A stretch of DNA of 15,673 nucleotides from Amoeboradix gromovi X-113 (lineage: Eukaryota; Fungi; Sanchytriomycota): the NCBI GenBank assembly GCA_018985225.1, contig JADGIF010000185.1:1-15673 (forward strand). The letters run 5' to 3'. Positions 8,901-15,673 of this stretch are shown in pieces (positions within the stretch are counted from its first letter, which is position 1; every line of letters begins with the position of its first letter). Both the position numbers and the translations under genes were made by a program. The notes beneath the pieces were generated by a model that saw only the letters and a list, made by a program, of their open reading frames with translations, was not told the DNA's origin and did no database searches.

Positions 8901-9096
8901 TTTATGCTGTACCTGTTAGTTATTTCGTTAGATTGGACATATTCAGGATTATATCCATTTATTCCATTTACCATTTGCGAAAAGGAAGAATATCGAGTGT
9001 TTGAGCTATTAGAAAAATCTGGAAAAGTCTTGAAATTACATAATGCTCCAGAGAAAACTATCTTGCCCATAAATACAGACCTTTCCTAATAAAATT

Positions 9097-9478
9097 ATGG
9101 CCAAGAGAAAGCAAACTTTTTCGTATACCAGTAAATCAAAGAAGAAAAAGCCGGACACTGACATTGAAGAAGATGTAGTGGTTGAAACAGTTAAGAAAAA
9201 ATTAAAATCCAGCAAGACAAGAGTCAGGGAGACTGTTCATAGATGTTATCAAAGATAATGTGCTATGTGTGTTCACGGTGCGAAAGTCAAAATACATTAA
9301 TCTAAAAAACATCGATAATTCATCAGAAGTCGATGATGACCTTCCATCTAGTAAAATACAATTTTGGAAGTACAGTACCCGTGAGACATTAGCTAGTTGC
9401 CGAAACGCTGTTCCTCAAATTCAAACTACAAGAATTGTTGGTGGTCATATGGAATTAAGCTATAAAGAGCGGCTATGA
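9097..9478 (+). pseudogene. Degraded gene fragment with basic NLS-like N-terminus
   Basis: ATG 9097 to stop 9258 reads MAKRKQTFSYTSKSKKKKPDTDIEEDVVVETVKKKLK..., followed by ORF 9260-9478 in another frame. Identity unknown. Confidence 0.3.
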
Positions 9479-9740
9479 AGCGACAATGTGGAAGTGAAAT
9501 ACGCATGCACTCCAACAATACAATTAGCTCCTGCTCTTTCGAATACAGCCAAGTGTAGACAACTTGGGTAGATTTTTAAGTCTACTGATTTTAATTTCTT
9601 AAATAACATTTCTTGCTTTTCTCAGAGATAAGAACAAATCAACATGTTGGTAACTTCTAAATTTTGCAGCGAGGCAACTGTTGATTCTAATAGAATAATG
9701 CAATTATTACGATTTCATGAGCTTTATCACTTATGCTCAG

Positions 9741-9986
9741 TTTCAAGACTTTCTTAATTATATAAGAAAGTATCATCAGAAATGTGTGTAGAAATGAAGT
9801 CAAAGTGCAAATAAAGAGGAAAGGCATTGGTGGAGTTTAATGAAGCAGTATTAGTCAGACTCTAAAAGGTGTACTACTCTGAAGTAAACCAATTTGGAGA
9901 CATACAGGTTGTATTTACCCCTATTCAGTCCCATCTCGGGTTAGTTGTTCCACTTCCAATGTAACGAAGCAACTGGCTTTGTCAGT
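9741..9986 (+). mobile_element. Heavily decayed IS607/Fanzor2 relic (copy D), opposite in orientation to copy C
   Basis: From 9794 it reads MKSKCK*RGKALVEFNEA then ...TLK*TNLETY, collinear with copy C. Right-end remnants: tattcagtccc (9922-9932) and tgtaacgaagcaactggctttgtcagt (9960-9986). tttcaagacttt at 9741-9752 equals the reverse complement of 9024-9035 (copy C left end). Confidence 0.78.
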
Positions 9987-10509
9987 ATTAGACATGCAAG
10001 TTTTCATTAATCCCTAATCCTAATCTGAGGTTGGTGAGAGTCGGTTAATCTATTATGTGTGGGATTAATCCAGACGTATTAGTTTAATCAACAAAAAGAA
10101 GAATTTGAGGCTGTTTTTTGTAGTGCTTTGGTTTTCGAGGGCGAAAATCTATGTTACAAAATTGCTACTATAGAAGGTTGTACAATCAGGTTGACAAGAT
10201 ATAAATTGCTCAAAGAAAAGTTGGCAGAATAAGAAGACTCATTTGAATGACACAAAGAGATGAGCAACTTTGGTTCAGTTTAAAGATATCCATTTATTAA
10301 ATGTTCCATGCTTGAGTTAAATTACCCTGGGAGTCAGATTAATCATTGAGTTGAATCGGTGTTCAGATTAGATTAGTCTAGCGTAATTAGTTTAAACTTG
10401 CATGTGTAAACTGCACTCTAGTGAAACTACTATAATTAAAAATCAAAAGCTACGATATATTGGTTACTTTGTGTCTGGGGAAGTGTAATTGTAAACTAAG
10501 TTTCGGTTA

Positions 10510-11067
10510 ATGACCTCGTATTTCGATTCAATTTTCTCATTTAGCAAGGTATCAATGACAGATGGTATAAACAGAATTGAGTATTTAAAAGCTTGCAAGG
10601 ATTTGGTTAAAATTTTTGATTACTTAAACGCTACTGCCTTTGCTCCTGTCAAAAAGGATTTGACAAACAACATTAATAACCTAGAAGGATGCACAAACGA
10701 CAGATTAGATGATTTTATTATCAAAAGTGAAGTGGAAAAGGGTGGTACTGCTACTTGCGCCTTGTTATGGCTTAACCGTGGGCTTCACTTTACTAATACT
10801 GCTCTGTTAATTGCTATTGAGAATCCTGACAAAGAACTTTCTTATTGCTTCTCTACCGCCTATAGTCAAACTCTATCCAAATACCATTCATTTGTTGTCA
10901 AACCGATCTTTAGTTTGGCTATGAAAGCGGTGCCATATCGCAAGGACTTTTATTCCAAGCTTAGCGGGAACAAAACTGAAATGGATGTCATGGAGCAGCA
11001 AAAGGAATGGGTTAATGCTTTGACTATTGTGGTTACAAAAACAACTGAATTACTGGGCCAGTCATAA
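10510..11067 (+). CDS. Glycolipid transfer protein (GLTP / fungal HET-C2 family)
   Basis: 185 aa with GLTP signatures FAPVKKDLTNNI (sugar-binding D and N), ATCALLWLNRGL (W, R) and AYSQTLSKYHSFVVKPIFSLAMKAVPYRKDFY. Confidence 0.95.
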   Translation: MTSYFDSIFSFSKVSMTDGINRIEYLKACKDLVKIFDYLNATAFAPVKKDLTNNINNLEGCTNDRLDDFIIKSEVEKGGTATCALLWLNRGLHFTNTALLIAIENPDKELSYCFSTAYSQTLSKYHSFVVKPIFSLAMKAVPYRKDFYSKLSGNKTEMDVMEQQKEWVNALTIVVTKTTELLGQS

Positions 11068-11089
11068 TAAATAATGGTTATAAATTATT

Positions 11090-14000
11090 TTATTGATTGC
11101 TTCTTCGCTTTCTTAGTTCAGTAAATATTCCGTAATATGAATTTTGTTTGATTTTGTCCACTAAATTCTCTTCGGTGTTCTCCATATCACTATCACTCCA
11201 ATCACTTGCAGACGGACTTGGTGTAGGTGGATTACTTGATCTTGAATGCTGCTCACTGCCATAATCATCTTCTATTATGATCTGCGGTATGTCTTGATTT
11301 GGCGTCTTTAGTTTGATAAATTTCCTCTTTTGAATGATAGTTGTTAGTATTCCATTGGCCTTTTCCAGATATATTTTCTCGTCAACTTCTTCAATTACTT
11401 GTTTTCTTTTTATAAACTCATCAATCCTTAGAAATGTCTGGTCATTCACAACATTATTCATCAGTACTAGTAATACAGTGTTAAAAGGAATACCTCGTTC
11501 GTTTAGGTTCATCATGCACTCCATATACACCCTATTGAACTTGATTCTACGTTGCTGCAATTCTTGCTTGCTAGTACTATCGAAATGGAATCGATATCTC
11601 TCCAGTATCCTCACCATTTCACCGTGTCCGATGTTGTCCCAGTCTCTCAGCTTACTAGGCATCATATCTCGCATGTCGCTAGTTATGTTGAGTACATGCA
11701 GGTTATCGGGGTACAACTTGACTTGCAATCTACCACGAAGACCCTTTAGAAAGGGAATAAGCTGATCGTTGTTAATATAGCCTTTACCACGTAGATCATA
11801 TTGAGCCCAAGCAGATTTGAATAAAACAATGTCTTCTCTACTCACTACACTGAATTTCACATTCTCATTGTAGAAATATGAGAAGTTCTCCAACACGATA
11901 ACTATGAACATGTTCACAAACACGTATGTACAGATGATGTAGTAGCTTAAAAATAGAACAAAGCCCCATATCTTACTCCCACAATCAGACATAAGGTAGT
12001 TTTCATCTTGTTGTACGCAAGAAGAGTTGTCAATCAAACAATCATCCATGATGCGATGCCATGATTCCCCTGTTATCATTCTCATTAATAATAGCATTGC
12101 ATTAGGCAGTGTTCTGAAGTTGGCATCGCTGTTATACAAGTGATAGTATCTGGTCAATCCAAATATCTCCATGAAAATCAAAGCAAAGGTGAGCAGCAAT
12201 AGCCCAAAAACAGCCAGCATATTCATAATCTGACCGAAACTGGCAATGATGGTCTTGAACAGTTGAGTAAGTACAGGGACACGCTGAACTAGCTTGAAAC
12301 TTATGGTAAGCACGAACACTCTTTTAAATATCACAACCTCAACTGTTGAAGTACCTGTTAACTGAAATATAAACTGAAAAGCAGTGGTTATTAGAGCACC
12401 AACAACCACTACAAAGTCAAACAAGTTCCAAAACGACTTCTTCCATTTTCTATATCCAAATCCGTTGTATCGTATAATAACATCAATAAAGAATATCACT
12501 ATAAATAAGGACAACAGCACATCCCTGGTAGTTTTAACAGCAACGGGCTCATCATAATACTGTACCATATTAATTAGAACGGTTGCTAATAAACAACTGT
12601 TGATCACCTTAATATAATAAGGACTCATAAGAATGTCATAGCACCGTGCTTGAAACGTGTTTATAGGTCTATTGGGTACGACAGTAGGTTTAACTAGTTT
12701 AATCTGCTTCATTAGATCAATGTATTGTCGCTGTTCTATTGTTAAATAGGCTAATCCACTAATATTCAGGAAATTTTGAATAATGATACCTGCAAACATA
12801 TTCACAACAATTAAGCACCCTATTATCATAAATGAGAAGAAGTACAGCATAGGGAACCAATGTATAGTGGCTGTAGGCTGTGGTTGATAACCATACGCTA
12901 TTGCCATATTGGCCATGTTGAATATATCGGTCCACGATTCGGAAGTGCTCAACACGAAAGTAGTCAAGAGGGAAGTAGCAAAAGAATCGTATGTGAAATA
13001 TGGACTGTAGTGATTCTTCCATACTCTGGGAACTAGTATGGTGATTCCCAGCTGAGATTCAATGTTAAAATAGCCCATACATTCCAATTTGCTTTTTACG
13101 GTGCTATCATTACAGCTTTCGAATAGATTCATGTAAATGTAATTTCCATACAACGCAAAAGGCACAAAAACTATTAGACTTAGCAAGGACGCATCTATAA
13201 TTCTACTGAATGCCAATATAATGAAACTAAATATATCCCTAATACCTTTAAATTGGTTTATAATCCTAAGCACCCTAATAGCTTTGCTCACCCTTAACAC
13301 CCTAGCTACACCTGTGGAATCTTGCGCATCAGCTAAAAAACCAATTATTTGCAACAGCAAAACAATAAAATCGAATCTGTTCCAAGGGTTACGCAGGTAG
13401 GATTTCTTGTTAAACACGAATCCAAATGCCAGTGTTTTTAACAGAAATTCCATACTAAATAGTACAATAAATACCAGGTCCATTATTCTGTAAATGTTCC
13501 ATGTATATTGATAATACATCAGCCGGTTGCTTGGCGTGTCAAAAGCTGCTTCTATGATACTTGCAACGATTACCAGTCTTATAAAATACTCGAAATAGTT
13601 GGATTTACAAATCACTAAACATGTTTGTCTTATTATGTTTGTTCGCTTAAAACAGAACAGCGATGCCTCAATTATCTGATCATCATCATTAAATTCATTC
13701 TCGCTATGGCGTTCTTCTAAATAGTCATCAATTATGTCAGTATTGTTGCTTTTTATGAATTTTGCAATCAATTCTTTCCGTATTCCTGGCACTGCGTAAT
13801 TAGAAGGCAAAAAGTGACTTAAATAACTGTTTTTGGTCTGTTTATGGTAGCTATATGGATTTATGCGTTTTAATTTTTCGCCATCTTGATCATTCTTCCT
13901 CTTGAAATCTTTAAAGAAAGCTTTTAGTTGTCTTAATCTCTTTTCACTCTCTGTTAATCCAAAATTCTCCAAGATAACACCCACTAACAAATTACTGATA

Positions 14001-15514
14001 ACAAAGTGGGCTATGAAATAGTAAATAATAAAAAATAAAGCCATTAATAAAACGGTAATTACATTGCTACTTAAGACACTAGATACAAAATACATAGAAT
14101 TCAAGGTCACATTGTCCCAACCATCACCGATAAATACTTGGAATACGGCAGCAAAACTACCCCAAAATGAACCAAAGTCAAATATATAGTTTGGATCAGT
14201 AGGATCAAAGGAAGCATCCATGAATATCAGGTTTAGAATCACTGAGCCAAGTATTATGTAAGATATACTAAGCAAGAACAAGCTCAGTAACTGCTTGTAC
14301 GACTTGATTATTACTCTTCCTAATTTACGAATACGGGGCATTAAATGAACTATACGAGGAGTTCTTAATAAGCTGAAAACCAAGAAGTAACGCGAGACTG
14401 AATTATTCAGTGCCACTGAAAACACGCCAATTAGATTACCAGCGCACAAAAAGAGTAACAATATACTAGAATTGGAGGAAGAAAGTAGCCTTAAATGAAC
14501 GCTAGCTAGTAGCATTAAACCTTCAGATATATATATAAAGCAAAAGGCAAGCTCTAACGAAACTGGGTAAAACCATTGAGGAACGTCGGAATTGATCTCA
14601 CTGTATACTATACGGATAACTAGCTCAATAGATATTATGGAGGCCATGCAGTTTGTAAAAGTTTCGCCTAGGTAAAGCCTACTGAATTGGTTGTTCTTAA
14701 ACAAAAAAGTATCAGTAACAACTACATTTTGACGCTCTTTGGCTCTTATATTGTCGTAAGTTTCTGTTATAACAGCAACAAACAACTTCAGTAGAATGAA
14801 AGACACAAAGATGACAAGAACGATATAAAATATAAATGCTATATAATATTCACCTGCCATTGTCCAATACATCACAGCAGTCCAATCCTCTAATGAGGTA
14901 GCAACAAACACGGTAAGAAATGAGTGAAATATGTCGTTATATGTAAGAAATGTAAAACCATCATTACGGGGCGAAAATAAGCATTTCTGATCAGGAGGAC
15001 ATTGATAACCCTTTTGGTTAATTCCACAATGTTGGTTAGTTCGAACCGAAGCAGGAAAGTCATCTTTTGATGGAAAACTAGAGGTGTTTACGGTAACAAA
15101 GCAAAATCGATTTAAACTATTCTGGAACATAGACAAGCCCATCACTGCAAAAATCAAGTAAAAGAATAGCAACAGGAGTAGTACTCCTATCAAGAGTGGC
15201 ATAGAAGCATTTAAAATCGTTTGCAATCCAGAAAAGTTCAAGAGTGCAAATAGTTTGAATAAGCTCATAGCCATGATTATATTACCAGTAAAGGCATCAA
15301 AAAATGTGGTAACAAATCCTATAATAAAAATAACAAATGACACCCATATATAATATTGCTTGTATTGTTTGCAAAATATTATAGAGAGTATGTGAGCAAT
15401 GTTCAGTGCCAATAGGGCATAAATTGGTATAATTGGAGCCAACAAATGAAGGATTAATATTCCTGTCGGTAAATATTTTTGGATCCTCGTGAAATCATCC
15501 AATTGGGATCTCAT
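11090..15514 (-). CDS. CCH1: Four-domain Cch1/NALCN-clade calcium channel alpha subunit (1474 aa from first ATG)
   Basis: Four transmembrane repeats with pore loops SLEDW, IGDGW, TSESW and TGESW; YLRNPWNRFDF; III-IV linker GLAYLTIEQRQYIDL; Cch1-type LMSDCGSKIWG; C-terminal EF-hand-like FKSAWAQYD. No introns are needed. First ATG at 15514 (the track starts at TTG 15556). Confidence 0.95.
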   Translation of the reverse strand: MRSQLDDFTRIQKYLPTGILILHLLAPIIPIYALLALNIAHILSIIFCKQYKQYYIWVSFVIFIIGFVTTFFDAFTGNIIMAMSLFKLFALLNFSGLQTILNASMPLLIGVLLLLLFFYLIFAVMGLSMFQNSLNRFCFVTVNTSSFPSKDDFPASVRTNQHCGINQKGYQCPPDQKCLFSPRNDGFTFLTYNDIFHSFLTVFVATSLEDWTAVMYWTMAGEYYIAFIFYIVLVIFVSFILLKLFVAVITETYDNIRAKERQNVVVTDTFLFKNNQFSRLYLGETFTNCMASIISIELVIRIVYSEINSDVPQWFYPVSLELAFCFIYISEGLMLLASVHLRLLSSSNSSILLLFLCAGNLIGVFSVALNNSVSRYFLVFSLLRTPRIVHLMPRIRKLGRVIIKSYKQLLSLFLLSISYIILGSVILNLIFMDASFDPTDPNYIFDFGSFWGSFAAVFQVFIGDGWDNVTLNSMYFVSSVLSSNVITVLLMALFFIIYYFIAHFVISNLLVGVILENFGLTESEKRLRQLKAFFKDFKRKNDQDGEKLKRINPYSYHKQTKNSYLSHFLPSNYAVPGIRKELIAKFIKSNNTDIIDDYLEERHSENEFNDDDQIIEASLFCFKRTNIIRQTCLVICKSNYFEYFIRLVIVASIIEAAFDTPSNRLMYYQYTWNIYRIMDLVFIVLFSMEFLLKTLAFGFVFNKKSYLRNPWNRFDFIVLLLQIIGFLADAQDSTGVARVLRVSKAIRVLRIINQFKGIRDIFSFIILAFSRIIDASLLSLIVFVPFALYGNYIYMNLFESCNDSTVKSKLECMGYFNIESQLGITILVPRVWKNHYSPYFTYDSFATSLLTTFVLSTSESWTDIFNMANMAIAYGYQPQPTATIHWFPMLYFFSFMIIGCLIVVNMFAGIIIQNFLNISGLAYLTIEQRQYIDLMKQIKLVKPTVVPNRPINTFQARCYDILMSPYYIKVINSCLLATVLINMVQYYDEPVAVKTTRDVLLSLFIVIFFIDVIIRYNGFGYRKWKKSFWNLFDFVVVVGALITTAFQFIFQLTGTSTVEVVIFKRVFVLTISFKLVQRVPVLTQLFKTIIASFGQIMNMLAVFGLLLLTFALIFMEIFGLTRYYHLYNSDANFRTLPNAMLLLMRMITGESWHRIMDDCLIDNSSCVQQDENYLMSDCGSKIWGFVLFLSYYIICTYVFVNMFIVIVLENFSYFYNENVKFSVVSREDIVLFKSAWAQYDLRGKGYINNDQLIPFLKGLRGRLQVKLYPDNLHVLNITSDMRDMMPSKLRDWDNIGHGEMVRILERYRFHFDSTSKQELQQRRIKFNRVYMECMMNLNERGIPFNTVLLVLMNNVVNDQTFLRIDEFIKRKQVIEEVDEKIYLEKANGILTTIIQKRKFIKLKTPNQDIPQIIIEDDYGSEQHSRSSNPPTPSPSASDWSDSDMENTEENLVDKIKQNSYYGIFTELRKRRSNQ

Positions 15515-15565
15515 GTGAGGAGGTTTCAGGATCAAGACAAAGACTTGGGACACCAAATATAAAAA

Positions 15566-15673
15566 CTAGACTAACTCGTTTTTAAAGGTGCTCCATACGG
15601 AGGAAATGCTATCATTAATAAAAGATCTTCTTCTTTCAAACCAATTTTCTTTCATTGATTGTATTCCCTCTTC
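15566..15673 (-). CDS. Partial reading frame entering from the window edge: 3' end of an upstream gene or an upstream CCH1 exon
   Basis: EEGIQSMKENWFERRRSFINDSISSVWSTFKNELV* is open to the edge and in the same frame as CCH1, with TAG at 15566-15568. Confidence 0.35.
   Translation of the reverse strand, partial: EEGIQSMKENWFERRRSFINDSISSVWSTFKNELV

Larger units (their letters stand above)
8475..9040 (-). mobile_element. Internally deleted IS607/Fanzor2 element (copy C): left end, Fanzor C-terminal ~100 codons, right end
   Basis: Both ends are shared with copy B and the interior encodes RuvC/Zn-ribbon motifs. Homology to copy B stops after ...AGGAA at 8475. Left boundary approximate. Confidence 0.85.

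Noticed and set aside
8539-9089. Short ORFs 8539-8721 (+), 8885-9070 (-) and 8904-9089 (+)
   Set aside because: They are antisense to the Fanzor fragment or span the non-coding left end, whose homologue in copy B does not look coding.
8475-9986. Copies C and D as terminal inverted repeats of one large DNA transposon
   Set aside because: The inverted homology is Fanzor coding and right-end sequence with different internal deletions and substantial divergence; two independent insertions explain it better.
1-9986. CRISPR array or bacterial Cas12/IS contamination
   Set aside because: The repeats are dispersed, in both orientations and not regularly spaced. The flanking genes (RING-H2, GLTP, CCH1) are eukaryotic.
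10008-10026. Telomere-like repeat (taatccctaatcctaatct)
   Set aside because: Only three imperfect units, and not a canonical CCCTAA tract.
11334-13022. ORFs 11334-11765 (+), 11552-11749 (+) and 12759-13022 (-)
   Set aside because: Antisense or alternate-frame shadows inside CCH1, with no recognisable motifs.

Overview
AT-rich eukaryotic DNA, most likely from a compact, intron-poor, early-diverging fungus (inferred from an apparently intronless Cch1/NALCN-type channel). The right third (10.5-15.7 kb) is conserved core genome: a glycolipid-transfer protein (GLTP/HET-C2 family) gene convergent with a four-domain Cch1-like Ca2+ channel. The left ~10 kb is a decayed accessory island that the ORF track largely hides. 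It holds an IS607-family serine recombinase (tnpA) pseudogene and four related relics of a Fanzor2/TnpB element at ~1-107, ~1934-2130, ~8475-9040 and ~9741-9986. The relics share a structured non-coding right end (candidate omegaRNA scaffold), and one is a ~200 bp left-end/right-end mini-element. Between them lie an intact RING-H2 gene, an intact LRR gene and several frameshifted orphan genes. No copy of the transposon in this window is intact. All alignments were made by eye.
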